A stretch of DNA of 64,000 nt, taken from assembly GCA_963736025.1 (NCBI GenBank), contig CAVTNH010000010.1, forward strand, positions 184,506-248,505, read 5' to 3'. Below, piece after piece: positions 1 to 9,310 of the stretch; the stretch's first letter is position 1; each line of letters opens with the position of its first letter. The translations under genes were made by a program, and so were the position numbers. The DNA comes from an uncultured Chloroflexia bacterium. Lineage in GTDB: Bacteria; Chloroflexota; Limnocylindria; Limnocylindrales; CSP1-4. Below the pieces are notes generated by a model. That model was not told the DNA's origin, did not search any database, and saw only the letters and a program-made list of their open reading frames with translations.

Positions 1-1
1 C

Positions 2-529
2 GTCCGGGCATCGGACCTCGAATCCCTTCGGGTCAGCACGACCAGCGGCGACGTGCGCCTCGCCGGCCGCCTGGCCGGTCCCGGCCCGTTCGCGATCGAC
101 ACGGTCAGCGGCGACATGCTGCTGGCGCTCGCCGGCGGCGTCCGCCTCGAGGCCAGCACGGTCGCCGGCGACGTCACCTCCGAGGTCACGGCTCGCAGCG
201 AGGGCAGCCCGGGTCGCCGTGTCCTCGTCGTCGGCGAGGGACGCCCGACGCTGACCGTCCGCTCGATGTCCGGCGACGTCACCCTGATCGAGGCATCGGC
301 CGTCATGCGACCGCACGCACCCGCTGCGCCGACGGCCGCCGACGACTCGACCGCGGACAGCCCGACGGTCGTCGTCGACCACGCCGAGCCACTGACCGAC
401 GACGCCGATGCGGCCCGACTCGCGATCCTGCGCGCACTCGAGGCCGGCGAGATCGACGTCGCCGAGGCCGGCCGCCGGCTCGAGGCGCTCGAGGCGTCGA
501 CCACCAGCGCGGGCCCGTCCGATGACTGA
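2..529 (+). CDS. DUF4097-like beta-repeat (putative adhesin) protein, C-terminal part; 5' end outside window
   Basis: Frame is open from the window edge. Repeated strands TTSGDVRLAG / TVSGDMLLAL / TVAGDVTSEV / SMSGDVTLIE are followed by an acidic helical tail. Strong GC3 bias. 8-nt overlap with the next ORF. Confidence 0.6.
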   Translation, partial: VRASDLESLRVSTTSGDVRLAGRLAGPGPFAIDTVSGDMLLALAGGVRLEASTVAGDVTSEVTARSEGSPGRRVLVVGEGRPTLTVRSMSGDVTLIEASAVMRPHAPAAPTAADDSTADSPTVVVDHAEPLTDDADAARLAILRALEAGEIDVAEAGRRLEALEASTTSAGPSDD

Positions 530-918
530 CGACGCCATGGGCCGCGTCCTGCAGCTGGTCGCCGAAGGGCGCCTGACCGCCGACGAGGCGGGGCCGATCC
601 TCGACGCGCTCGACGATCGCCGACGCTGCCGACGCACCCACGACCCGAACGACCACACGGCCCGCGGCGGAGCCGTCCGCGAAGCCCGCCGGCGACGGCA
701 CCGGCGGCCGGGCCATCCGCATCGAGATCAGCGACCGCGGTCGCAAGGTCATCCATCTGCGCGTCCCGCTGGCCCTCGGTCGGGCGGCTCTCGATCGCAT
801 CCCCGGCCTGTCGGACGCCACGGCCGAGCGCGTCCGCGAGGCGATCGTCTCGGGCATCAAGGGACCGATCGTCGACCTCGATGACGATGGCGACGGCGTC
901 CGGATCGTCATCGAATGA
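522..918 (+). CDS. hypothetical protein with SHOCT-like N-terminus; apparent 1-nt frameshift near 605-622
   Basis: ATG 522 gives MTDDAMGRVLQLVAEGRLTADEAGPILDALDD and then junk. The +1 frame continues GRAIRIEISDRGRKVIHLRVPLALGRAALDRIPGLSDATAERVREAIVSGIKGPIVDLDDDGDGVRIVIE to TGA 916-918 but has no start codon of its own. Confidence 0.45.
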
Positions 919-1164
919 GTTCGGAGGAGACCGACATGACCCGCTACCGATCCGATCGCCGCCCGTCGACGTTCGATGCGCCCCTCGAGACCGCCTATGC
1001 CCGCATCGCCGGCCTCCAGGCCGAGGTCGCGCCGCTCGCGGCTCGCCGACGAAGGCCCACCGGACGGCATGGTCCGACGGCTGCGCCATGGCGTCGGGCA
1101 TCGCCTCATCGACGCCGGCGTCGCGCTCGCCGGCGAGCGCCGCTCGCAGACGCTCGCCCGCTGA
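915..1164 (+). CDS. small hypothetical protein; apparent 1-nt frameshift near 1045
   Basis: ATGA overlap with the previous stop. MSSEETDMTRYRSDRRPSTFDAPLETAYARIAGLQAEVAPLAA joins RLADEGPPDGMVRRLRHGVGHRLIDAGVALAGERRSQTLAR in the +1 frame. Confidence 0.35.
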
Positions 1165-1171
1165 CCGGCCG

Positions 1172-2397
1172 TCAGTCGACCAGCCGGCCGCCCTTGACGA
1201 CGGTCGCAGGCCGTCGCATGACCTCGATGTCGAGCAGCGGATCGGTCTCGACGGCCACGAGGTCCGCGATACCGGCCGGCCGCGAGCGACCCCACCCGGT
1301 CCTCCCAGCCCATCAGCTCGGCCGCGACGATCGTCGCCGACCGGATCGCCTCGAGCGGCGTCTGACCCAGGCGGACCTGGTAGCCGAGCTGGATCGCGAC
1401 CATCGCGTGCGGGTAGACCCCGCTGTCGGTGCCATACGCGAGCCTGACACCCGCGGCGACCGCCTTGCGGAAGCCCTCGCGCTGGGCCAGCGTCGTCTGC
1501 TCGTTCTTCTCGAGCGTCTCGGCCGGCCACCCGGCGCGCCGGCCCTCCTCGGCGATCCAGTCGCCGTCGTAGACGTCGGCCACGAGGTAGGTCCCGCTCG
1601 CGACGAGCATCGCGATGCCCTCGTCGTCGATGAGCGAGCCGTGCTCGATCGGAGCGCACACCCGCCCGGATGGCGACCTTGATGCCCTCGGTGCCGTGCG
1701 CATGGGCCGCGACGAACAGCCCGTGTCGCGCCGCCTCTTCGACCGCGGCGCGGACCATCGGCTCCGACAGCTCGACGACGCCCGGCTGGGTCCCGCGGGT
1801 CAGCACCGCGCCGGTCACGATGCACTTGATGAGCGTCGCGCCGCCGCCGACGAGGATCCGGACCTTCTCGCGGACGTCGTCCGGCGTCTCGACGACGCCC
1901 ACCCGGAGCTCCGGCGACAGGCCGAGCTGCGGGGCGTCGCCGGTGACCTCGCCGCCACCGCCGGGCGTGGTGATGTAGGCGCCGGCGCACTGCATCCGCG
2001 GGCCGGGCGTCCAGCCACGGTCGATGGCGTCGCGCAGCGCGACGTCGATGAACGCCCGATAGGTCCCCACGTCGCGGACCGTGGTGAAGCCCGCCCTGAG
2101 CGTCGCGCGGGCGTTCCGGACGCCGGTCATCGCCTCCTCGGCGGCCGAGACGTCGACCGCCGGGATGCCGGCGTACTCGAGGTCGCCGACCAGGTGGCTG
2201 TGGCAATCGATGAGACCCGGGACGACCCAGTCGCCGGCGAGCGCGACCGGCTCGGCGTCCGCGGGCGTCGGGTCGGCCGGGCCCAGCACGGCCTCGATCC
2301 GCTCGTCGACCACGAGCAGGCGCCGGTCGGCGAGCCACGTCCCGGCGACGACGTCGAGCAGGTGCGGAGCTGCGATCAGGCGACGGTCGGCGACCAT
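1172..2397 (-). CDS. metal-dependent amidohydrolase (imidazolonepropionase/prolidase-like); two apparent 1-nt insertions near 1268 and 1651
   Basis: Motifs: VVPGLIDCHSHL (HxH), AAHAHGTEGIKVAIRAGVRS joined to IEHGSLIDDEG, AYGTDSGVYPH, and GSLAAGRY joined to ADLVAVETDPLLDIEVMRRPATVVKGGRLVD-stop. Three frames join seamlessly. Length 1226 nt = 408 codons + 2. Confidence 0.85.
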
Positions 2398-2428
2398 GAC
2401 CCGAGCGTAGCAGGGCTACCATTCGGGC

Positions 2429-3008
2429 ATGACCACCACGCTCGACCGACTGCCATTCACCGGCGACGACGCCGCGGACCGCCTCCTCGTCACCGACCCG
2501 CTCGCGCTGCTCATCGGCTTCGAGCTCGACCAGCAGGTCACGGTCCAGAAGGCGTTCAGCGGGCCCGCCGAGCTCCAGCGCCGGATCGGCCATCTCGATG
2601 CGGCCCGGATCGCGGCGATGGACCCGGCCGCGCTCGTCGAGGTCTTCCGCACGCCGCCGGCCCTGCACCGGTTCCCGGCCGCGATGGCGGCGCGGGTCCA
2701 GGAGCTGACCCGGGCGATCGCCGACCTGTACGGGAACGACGCCAGCCGCGTCTGGACCGAGGCGAGCTCGGGCAAGGACCTGGAGGCCCGCCTGCTGGGT
2801 CTGCCGGGGTTCGGCCCGATGAAGGCCCGGACGCGTCCTGGCGATCGTCGTGAAGCGGTTCGGCGTCCAGCCGCCCGGCTGGGAGGCGGTCCTGCCGACC
2901 CACCCGACGCTGGCCGACGTGGACTCGCCCGAATCGCTCGCCGCCTACCAGGCCGGCAAGCGCGCCAAGAAGGCCGAGATGCGCGCCGCCAAGGCCGCCA
3001 AGGGCTGA
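2429..3008 (+). CDS. HhH-GPD superfamily base-excision-repair-like protein; apparent 1-nt insertion near 2835
   Basis: PLALLIGFELDQQVTVQKAF ... LLGLPGFGPMKA, then the +1 frame gives LAIVVKRFGVQPPGWEAVLPTHPTLADVDSPESLAAYQAGKRAKKAEMRAAKAAKG-stop. Confidence 0.75.
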
Positions 3009-3013
3009 CCCGG

Positions 3014-3391
3014 GTGGACGAGAAGACCCAGCGGGCCCTGAGTCGCGGGCATCGGATCGACATCACGACGACCGGACGGCGAACCCATCAGCCGCGCCGG
3101 ATCGAGATCGTCTTCCACAACATCGACGGGCGCTTCTATATCAGCGGCAGCCCGAGCGATCGGACGCGGGCCTGGATCCACAACCTCTCCGCCGATCCGC
3201 ATCTGACGTTCCACCTGAAGGGCGCCGCGCAGGCCGACCTGCCGGCCACCGCGCGGATCGTCACCGACGAGGCGGAGCGACGGCGCATCAGCGAGTGGAT
3301 CGTCGCGAACGCCTGGCCGAACCAGGACGTCGAGGCGATGACCGCCCACAGCCCGCTCATCGAGATCACGTTCGCCGACGCGGCCGCCTGA
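3014..3391 (+). CDS. deazaflavin-dependent nitroreductase-family (DUF385-like) protein
   Basis: GTG start 5 nt after the previous stop. ITTTGRRTHQPRRIEIVFHNIDGRFYISGSP and WIHNLSADPHLTFHL are typical of the family. Confidence 0.7.
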   Translation: MDEKTQRALSRGHRIDITTTGRRTHQPRRIEIVFHNIDGRFYISGSPSDRTRAWIHNLSADPHLTFHLKGAAQADLPATARIVTDEAERRRISEWIVANAWPNQDVEAMTAHSPLIEITFADAAA

Positions 3392-3397
3392 CCGGGT

Positions 3398-3796
3398 CTA
3401 CAGGACCAGCGTCTCGAAGAGGTGGTCGAGCTCGGCCGCCGGGTCGTCGGTCAGGCCGGTGTGGACCTCGGACGGCTGGATGATCGTGCTCGCCGGCGAG
3501 ACCAGCCAGTGGAAACGCTCCGCGGGCTCGAGCCGGGCGATCGGCCCGGCCGAGACGTCACCCGCGGCGATCCGCTCGATGGCCTCGAGGTGCGGCCGGA
3601 CCGTGGCCGGGTCGAGGTCGGGCGCGAGGGCCGCGAGGCGTCCTTCGTCGAGCCCCGTCCGTGCCCCGATGAACGGCAGCGACCGACAGAGCAGGATCAC
3701 GCCGGCATTCAGCTGCTCGCCGCGCTCGACGCGTGGCACGACCCGCACCAGCGCGTACTGGAAGACGTCACGCGGCGGCGCGGGCACGCTCGGCAT
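3398..3796 (-). CDS. DUF3037 domain protein
   Basis: VFQYALVRVVPRVERGEQLNAGVILLC ... ERFHWLVSPASTIIQPSEVH. Overlaps the upstream kinase gene by 29 nt. Confidence 0.75.
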   Translation of the reverse strand: MPSVPAPPRDVFQYALVRVVPRVERGEQLNAGVILLCRSLPFIGARTGLDEGRLAALAPDLDPATVRPHLEAIERIAAGDVSAGPIARLEPAERFHWLVSPASTIIQPSEVHTGLTDDPAAELDHLFETLVL

Positions 3797-4553
3797 CCTC
3801 GACGAAGGGTCGCGGCGACTCGAGTCGCAGCGTCAGATAACGAACGTAGGCGCGGCGCTGCGCCTCGGCGTCGCCGGCCACCCGGTCGTCCGGCAGCCAG
3901 TCGTCCGGGAGCGCGGCCACCAGGCCCTCCAGGAGTGGCGTGTCGATCCGGCCCGCCAGTCGCTCGTCGGCCTCCGCCACGGATCCCGCGAACGGCAACA
4001 GCACGTGGTCGGCGAGGCGTTCGAACCCCCGTCGAGCGTGGGCGTCGGGATCCGTCCACGTGTGGTGGATGTACAGCGCGGCCCCGTGGTCGATCAGCCA
4101 CGTGCGGCCGTGCCAGACAAGCAGGTTCGGGTTCTGCACAGTTCGGTCCGGGTTGGTGATGAGGCCGTCGAGCCAGACGACCGCGGCCGCATACGACGGA
4201 TCGAGCGTGGCGACGGCGGTCGCGGCGGCCGGGCTGAAGGGCAACGCCCCCGGCAGGAAGTCCAGCCCGAGGTTGAGCCCGCCGCTCGCATGGACGAGGT
4301 CGCGGATCTCCTCGTGCGGTTCGGCGTCGCCGATCGAGGGGTCGAGCTCGACGCGCACGAGGTCCGGCACGTGCAGCCCGACGGCCCGTGCCAGCTCCCC
4401 CGCGAGCCACTCGGCGACGAGGGCCCGGGGGCCCTGGCCGGCTCCGCGGAACTTGACGACATACAGGCCGTCGTCGTCCGCCTCGACGAGCCCGGGCAGA
4501 GAGCCGCCCTCGCGCAGTGCCGTCACGTAGCGTGTCGCCCTCACGGTCCGCAT
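3768..4553 (-). CDS. HipA-like kinase family protein
   Basis: LYVVKFRGAGQGPRALVAEWLAGELARAVGL and LDGLITNPDRTVQNPNLLVWHGRTWLIDHGAAL (catalytic loop plus DHG). Start chosen at ATG 4553 (MRTVRATRY). Confidence 0.75.
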   Translation of the reverse strand: MRTVRATRYVTALREGGSLPGLVEADDDGLYVVKFRGAGQGPRALVAEWLAGELARAVGLHVPDLVRVELDPSIGDAEPHEEIRDLVHASGGLNLGLDFLPGALPFSPAAATAVATLDPSYAAAVVWLDGLITNPDRTVQNPNLLVWHGRTWLIDHGAALYIHHTWTDPDAHARRGFERLADHVLLPFAGSVAEADERLAGRIDTPLLEGLVAALPDDWLPDDRVAGDAEAQRRAYVRYLTLRLESPRPFVEDAERARAAA

Positions 4554-4645
4554 CGCGAGCGAGCCTAGCAGGCTCACTCGGCTGCCGGTGCAGGTCCGCA
4601 CGGGTCCCACACGAGCGTTCGCCGCGAAACCGCTAGCCTTGCACG

Positions 4646-5572
4646 ATGCCCGACTACGACGAGCGCGCCCTGTTGATCGAACTCGAACCGGAGGCCGGTC
4701 GCCTCTACGACCGCCACGCGAAGGTGGCCCAGGAGTGGTTCCCCCACGACTACATCCCGTACCGCCTCGGGCGGGACTTCGACAAGGAGCCCTGGACCCC
4801 CGACCAGCCGCGCCTGACCGGCGTCGCGCAGACGGCGTTCGAGATCGGTCTTCTGACCGAGGACAACCTGCCGAGCTACCACCGGCTCATCCACGGGATG
4901 TTCGGCCAGGGCGACGGTGCCTGGATCAACTGGGTCGGGCGCTGGACGGCCGAAGAGGGGCGCCACGCCATCGTGCTCCGGGACTACCTCACGGTGACCC
5001 GCAACATCGACCCGATCGCGCTCGAGCGCGGCCGGATGGCCCAGCTCCAGCAGGGCTACGACCACGACGCGCCGGACACGCTCCACGGACTCGCCTACGT
5101 CACGTTCCAGGAGCTCGCGACCCGCATCGCCCACCGCAACACCGGGCGGTACTCGGATGACCCGGTGGCCGACCGGATCATGATCAGGATCGCCGCGGAC
5201 GAGAACCTGCACATGGTCTTCTACCGCGACATCCTGAGCGCCGCGATCGCGATCGAGCCGTCGGCCGCGGTCCGGGCCATCGTCGACGAGGTCCTCGCCT
5301 TCCAGATGCCGGGCGCCGGGATCCCCAACTTCGTCCGCAAGGCGGCCACGATCGCGAAGGCCGGGATCTACGACATCCGCGTCCATCGCGACGAGGTGCT
5401 GATGCCGATCATCAAGCACTGGGGCATCTTCGAGCTGCCGAACCTCGACGCCGCGGCGACCGCCGCGCGACAGCGACTCGCCCAGCACCTCGACGAGCTG
5501 GAGCAGGCCGCGCGCAGGTTCGAGGCACGGCTCGCCGAATCGGGTGTCGTGCGGGTCGGCTCGACCGGCTGA
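4646..5572 (+). CDS. acyl-ACP (stearoyl-type) desaturase, DesA-like di-iron enzyme
   Basis: Intact 308-aa ORF. Motifs LLTEDNLPSYH, RWTAEEGRHAIVLRDYL, QELATRIAHRN and AADENLHMVFYRD (the two E-x-x-H di-iron motifs). Confidence 0.9.
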   Translation: MPDYDERALLIELEPEAGRLYDRHAKVAQEWFPHDYIPYRLGRDFDKEPWTPDQPRLTGVAQTAFEIGLLTEDNLPSYHRLIHGMFGQGDGAWINWVGRWTAEEGRHAIVLRDYLTVTRNIDPIALERGRMAQLQQGYDHDAPDTLHGLAYVTFQELATRIAHRNTGRYSDDPVADRIMIRIAADENLHMVFYRDILSAAIAIEPSAAVRAIVDEVLAFQMPGAGIPNFVRKAATIAKAGIYDIRVHRDEVLMPIIKHWGIFELPNLDAAATAARQRLAQHLDELEQAARRFEARLAESGVVRVGSTG

Positions 5573-5613
5573 CGCGCCTCCGCGGGCACCGACCGGCGCG
5601 CGCCGGTATCCTT

Positions 5614-6216
5614 GTGCTCCCCATGCCCCCGGCCCCAGACGACTCCATGCCGCCCCGGCCGACGACGCCCCGATCGCCTCGACGACCCCGCAAGTTCTCG
5701 CTGCCCGACCACCATCACGAGGAGGCCGCGGGCAAGAAGATCGAGGCGTTCCTCGATGGCCCGGCGACGCGTCGCCGGCGAGCGAAGCCTTACCAGCGCC
5801 GGGCGCTCGACTTCGACACGCGGCTCGACTGGAGCGCCGCCCTGCAGCGCGAGGCGGCCCGCCAGGCACGCTACGGGCGACCGACAACGGTCCTCGTCAT
5901 CGACCTGATCGTCGGCCCCGGCCCCTCAGCGCCCGACCGGTTCGCCAGGCACCTCGTCGACGTCCTCGGTCGGGAGGCCCGCGAGACCGACCGCGCCGTC
6001 CGCACGAGCGAGCGCCGGTTCATGGTGCTGTTGCCCGAGACCGACCAGGACGACGCCGCGCACCTCGCGACCCGGATCGAACGCGGCTATCGGTCCATGG
6101 CGGACGCGGCGCCGGTGGCGGCCGAGCTGCGGATGGAGATCGCGGTCCTGCGCCGCGGCGCCGACCCCGACGACGCGATCGCCGAAGCGGACCGCCGTCT
6201 CGCCTCCGCGAGCTAG
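5614..6216 (+). CDS. degenerate GGDEF-like domain protein
   Basis: RPTTVLVIDLIVG ... RFARHLVDVLGREARETDRAVRTSERRFMVLLPETDQDDAAHLATRIE. The GGDEF position reads SERRF, so it is probably catalytically inactive. N-terminus is Pro/Arg-rich and the start is uncertain. Confidence 0.55.
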   Translation: MLPMPPAPDDSMPPRPTTPRSPRRPRKFSLPDHHHEEAAGKKIEAFLDGPATRRRRAKPYQRRALDFDTRLDWSAALQREAARQARYGRPTTVLVIDLIVGPGPSAPDRFARHLVDVLGREARETDRAVRTSERRFMVLLPETDQDDAAHLATRIERGYRSMADAAPVAAELRMEIAVLRRGADPDDAIAEADRRLASAS

Positions 6217-6222
6217 ACCCGC

Positions 6223-7086
6223 CTAGATCCCGCCGTTGAACGTGTCGCAGGCGGTCGGGTCGCCACCCTGGTAGCCGACCGTGAACCAGTGCTGGCGCTG
6301 TTCGGCCGAGCCGTGCGTCCAGGCCTCGGGGTCGACGCGGCCGTTGACCGATTCCTGGATCCGGTCGTCGCCGACGGCCGCCGCCGCATCGAGCGCGTCG
6401 GCGATCTGCGCGTCCGTCACGGGCGCGAGGATGCCGGCCTCGGCGTGGTTCGCCCAGGAGCCGGCGTAGCAGTCGGCCTGGAGCTCGGTCCGGACCGACC
6501 GACCCTCTGCGCCCTGCTCGCCGGTGCCCTGTCCGAGGACGCCGAGCAGGTCCTGGACGTGATGGCCGTACTCGTGGGCCACCACGTATCCCTGGGCGAG
6601 TGACCCGCCGGTCGCCCCGAACCGGGTGCGCAGCTCCTCGAAGAACCCGAGGTCGAGGTACACGAGCCTGTCGGTCGGGCAGTAGAACGGCCCGGACGCG
6701 GCGGTGGCCGTGCCGCAGGCGCTCTGGGTCGCCTCGGTGAAGAGGACGGTGTCGATCGGCTGGTACTGCAGGTTCGAGGCCTGGAATTCGCCGTTCCAGT
6801 AGGTCTGCACGCTGTTGACATAGCCGAGGATCCGGCAATCGTCGCGCTCGTTCGCGTCGGTACCGGTGTGGCACTCGGCCGCGAGTGCCGAGCTCTCGGG
6901 GCCGGTCACGGCACCCGGCTGGAGAAGCCCACCGAGATCGTCGGGGTTCCCGCCAAGCAGGGTGTAGGCGATGAGCAGGACCAGGCCGAGGCCGCCGCCA
7001 CCGATGGCGACGCCCGTCCGGCCACCCATACCGCGTCGGTCGGTGATCTGGCCAGGATCGAGTCGGGCGTTCGGGTCGAAGGTCAT
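6223..7086 (-). CDS. YpfJ-family neutral zinc metallopeptidase, membrane-anchored
   Basis: Intact 287-aa ORF. N-terminal TM segment GLGLVLLIAYTLLGG, FYCPTDRLVYLDLGFF, zinc motif VVAHEYGHHVQD, ELQADCYAG. Confidence 0.9.
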   Translation of the reverse strand: MTFDPNARLDPGQITDRRGMGGRTGVAIGGGGLGLVLLIAYTLLGGNPDDLGGLLQPGAVTGPESSALAAECHTGTDANERDDCRILGYVNSVQTYWNGEFQASNLQYQPIDTVLFTEATQSACGTATAASGPFYCPTDRLVYLDLGFFEELRTRFGATGGSLAQGYVVAHEYGHHVQDLLGVLGQGTGEQGAEGRSVRTELQADCYAGSWANHAEAGILAPVTDAQIADALDAAAAVGDDRIQESVNGRVDPEAWTHGSAEQRQHWFTVGYQGGDPTACDTFNGGI

Positions 7087-7212
7087 GGTTGGGCCTCGGT
7101 ACTGGGACGGACCATTCGGCCCATCGTAGGCATCGCTCCTGCCGGGAGCACCCCAGCCGACGGCGCCGGCATCACAACCGCATCACGCCGGTCGCCCGCA
7201 AGATGACTTCTG

Positions 7213-7231
7213 TCCATGTCAGAACGGGACA
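7213..7231. promoter_or_regulatory. 19-nt operator-like motif TCCATGTCAGAACGGGACA upstream of the metallopeptidase gene
   Basis: 16/19 identical to TCCATGACAGAACGTGTCA at 9268-9286, upstream of the WYL regulator gene. Both copies are intergenic and share orientation relative to a minus-strand gene. Confidence 0.4.
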
Positions 7232-7408
7232 CTTGGCAGGTACGGGGCGCCACACCACGGACCTAGTGTGTGGTCATCGCGAACGGAACGCCGGACACCG
7301 AGACCCTGGACCGGCGGCGCGTCGACTCTCCGGCGGGATGCTGGGCAGCGGCGGAGCCGGCAACTGTTGAGACACGGCGGTCTGATCACGATAACCAAGC
7401 GACCTTGA

Positions 7409-7441
7409 CGACCGGACCGGCCCTTCGGGACCGGACGGTCG
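7409..7441 (-). terminator. stem-loop downstream of the DUF4112 gene
   Basis: CGACC-GGA-CCGGCCC-TTCG-GGG(A)CCGG-AC-GGTCG hairpin with a TTCG loop, 20 nt after the stop at 7461. T-tract is weak. Confidence 0.4.
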
Positions 7442-7460
7442 TTTCGGTGTGGGCGGGGTC

Positions 7461-7961
7461 CTAGAGCCGGATCGGGGTCAGGAGCAGGCCGACCAGCCAG
7501 GCGACCGCCTGCACCACGAGCCAGATGAGCCCGAGCATCACCAGCCCGATGCCCGCGAAGAAGAGCCGATGCTCGGTCGTGCTCGCTTCGGGCTCGAGGG
7601 CGTAGCGCCGGAACAGCGCGAGGTTCCTCGCGTTCGACTTGGACACGAAGTCGAGCAGGTCGCCCACGAACGGCACGAGTCCGAGCGCAAGGTCGACCAG
7701 CAGGTTGACGACCATCCGCGCCAGGACGACCGGGGGGAGGCGGAACCGCGAGGCCTCGGCGATGAGGTACGCGCCGGCCGCCGCCGAGACCACGTCGCCG
7801 ACGACCGGGATCAGGCCGACCAACGGGTCCAGACCGACGCGACGACCGGTGCCAGGGACCTCGAACAGGTCGTCGAGCACGTGGCTCATCCGCGCGATCC
7901 GGCGCTCGGCGGCATGGAACCGTTCCGACCGGCTCTGACCGATCACCTCGCCTTCAGCCAC
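7461..7961 (-). CDS. DUF4112 domain membrane protein
   Basis: LDDLFEVPGTGRRVGLDPLVGLIPVVGDVVSAAAGAYLI ... FVGDLLDFVSKSNARNLAL, with hydrophobic C-terminal helices. Confidence 0.85.
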   Translation of the reverse strand: MAEGEVIGQSRSERFHAAERRIARMSHVLDDLFEVPGTGRRVGLDPLVGLIPVVGDVVSAAAGAYLIAEASRFRLPPVVLARMVVNLLVDLALGLVPFVGDLLDFVSKSNARNLALFRRYALEPEASTTEHRLFFAGIGLVMLGLIWLVVQAVAWLVGLLLTPIRL

Positions 7962-8080
7962 GGTCTGTCCCGTCCTCCGATGCTGTCGTGTTACATGACA
8001 AGTTCTGGCAGGAATAAGCGAGATGATACGCGCACGAGGACGCGGTCGGGACGGATCGCACCAGGCGAGGAGCCAACGCG

Positions 8081-8299
8081 ATGCAGCACTTCGAACTAGC
8101 CCGGATCATGCAGCGGGAGCGCGAACGCGAGATCGCCGACACGCTCCGGACGCGCCGATTTCTCCGCGACCGCCAGGCGGCCGCGCAGTCGGTTCAGCCG
8201 CCGGTCGGGGACGCATCGGCCGGTCTCATTCGGGGTGCGGGGGTCGCGTCGGCGCCGTGCGGTGGGACGACGTCCCCGCGGGTCTCCACGGGCTCGTAG
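8081..8299 (+). CDS. small hypothetical protein (3' end uncertain; tail overlaps the convergent WYL gene)
   Basis: AGGAG 8 nt upstream of the ATG. MQHFELARIMQREREREIADTLRTRRFLRDRQAAAQ shows high GC3, but coding signal fades after about 45 codons. Confidence 0.3.
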   Translation: MQHFELARIMQREREREIADTLRTRRFLRDRQAAAQSVQPPVGDASAGLIRGAGVASAPCGGTTSPRVSTGS

Positions 8300-9249
8300 C
8301 GCTCGACGATGCGACGGGCCGTCGCGATGACCCGCTCGCGGATCTCGAACGGCTCGAGCACCTCGACGCTGGACCCAGCCGCCAAGAGGCGGCTGGGCAC
8401 CTCGTCCGGCCAGCTGAGGTCCAGGCGGAGGCGGAGCCAGTCGGGTTCGGGCTCATCGAGCGCCTCGGCGGTCTCGATCGCGTGCCAGCCGACGGCGTCC
8501 CCGAGTCGCTCGAGGCGGCTCTTCGGCAGTCGGACGACGACGTCGATACGGGGCGTGTCGCGCTCGAAGGCGGCACTCGACTCCGCCCAGAACGTCGAGA
8601 GGTCGAAGCCGGCCGGGCGCTCCGTCCGCTCCTCGAGAACGACCGCGTCGATCACCCGCGATACCCGATACGTGCGGATCTGACCGTCGGTCAACGCCAC
8701 CAGGTACCAGACGCCGCCCTTCAGCACCAGGCCGAGCGGCCCGAGGACACGGGTCACCGTGCCGCTTCCCCGCTCGTACTCGATCCGGGCGAGCCGCCCC
8801 TCCCAGACCGATTCCGCCACGGTCGCGAGGTGGGGCACGGGCTGGCTGGTCTGGAACCAGCCCGCGGCGTCGAGGTGGAACCGCTCGACCAGTCGCGAGG
8901 CCCGTGACCGGAGCTCGGTCGGCAGGGCGGCGAGGACCTTGAGGCGGGCGGCCGTGACGACCGTGCCGAGACCGAGCTCGGCAGCCGGGCCGGGCATCCC
9001 CGACATGAACAGGGCCTCGGCCTCGTCGGGCGTCATGCCCGTCAGGCGTGTTCGGTAGCCATCGACCAGCCGGATCCCGCCGTACGGTCCGCGGTCCGCG
9101 TAGATCGGGACGCCCGCGGCACTCAGTGCCTCGACGTCGCGGTGGATCGTCCGGACGGAGACCTCGAGCTCGCGGGCGAGTTCTGCCGCGGTCAGGCCGC
9201 CGCGCGTCTGGAGGATGAGCAGGAGGTTGACCAGGCGACTGGCTCGCAC
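8194..9249 (-). CDS. HTH-WYL-WCX transcriptional regulator (YafY/PafBC-like)
   Basis: Intact 351-aa ORF with GTG start. HTH LTAAELARELEVSVRTIHRDVEALSAAGVPIY. WYL region GVWYLVALTDGQIRTYRVSRV. Confidence 0.9.
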   Translation of the reverse strand: MRASRLVNLLLILQTRGGLTAAELARELEVSVRTIHRDVEALSAAGVPIYADRGPYGGIRLVDGYRTRLTGMTPDEAEALFMSGMPGPAAELGLGTVVTAARLKVLAALPTELRSRASRLVERFHLDAAGWFQTSQPVPHLATVAESVWEGRLARIEYERGSGTVTRVLGPLGLVLKGGVWYLVALTDGQIRTYRVSRVIDAVVLEERTERPAGFDLSTFWAESSAAFERDTPRIDVVVRLPKSRLERLGDAVGWHAIETAEALDEPEPDWLRLRLDLSWPDEVPSRLLAAGSSVEVLEPFEIRERVIATARRIVERYEPVETRGDVVPPHGADATPAPRMRPADASPTGG

Positions 9250-9255
9250 CTCGAG

Positions 9256-9288
9256 AGGATACGCCCATCCATGACAGAACGTGTCATG
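9256..9288 (-). promoter_or_regulatory. putative leaderless promoter/operator of the WYL regulator gene
   Basis: Minus strand reads CATGACACGTTCTGTCATGG-ATGGGCG-TATCCT-CTCGAG-GTG. It contains a 7-bp-arm palindrome (CATGACA N5 TGTCATG) and a TGTCATGG-N7-TATCCT arrangement resembling the actinobacterial RecA-NDp/PafBC motif. The -10-like hexamer ends 6 nt before the GTG start. Confidence 0.45.
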
Positions 9289-9310
9289 TAGGCGTCAGAC
9301 CGGGTCATCT

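Noticed and set aside
303-1703. 466-aa ORF-track entry taken at face value
   Set aside because: Only its central part (IEHGSLIDDEG ... GSLAAGRY) is real amidohydrolase sequence. Both ends are out-of-frame read-through caused by the two indels. It is replaced by the joined model 1172-2397.
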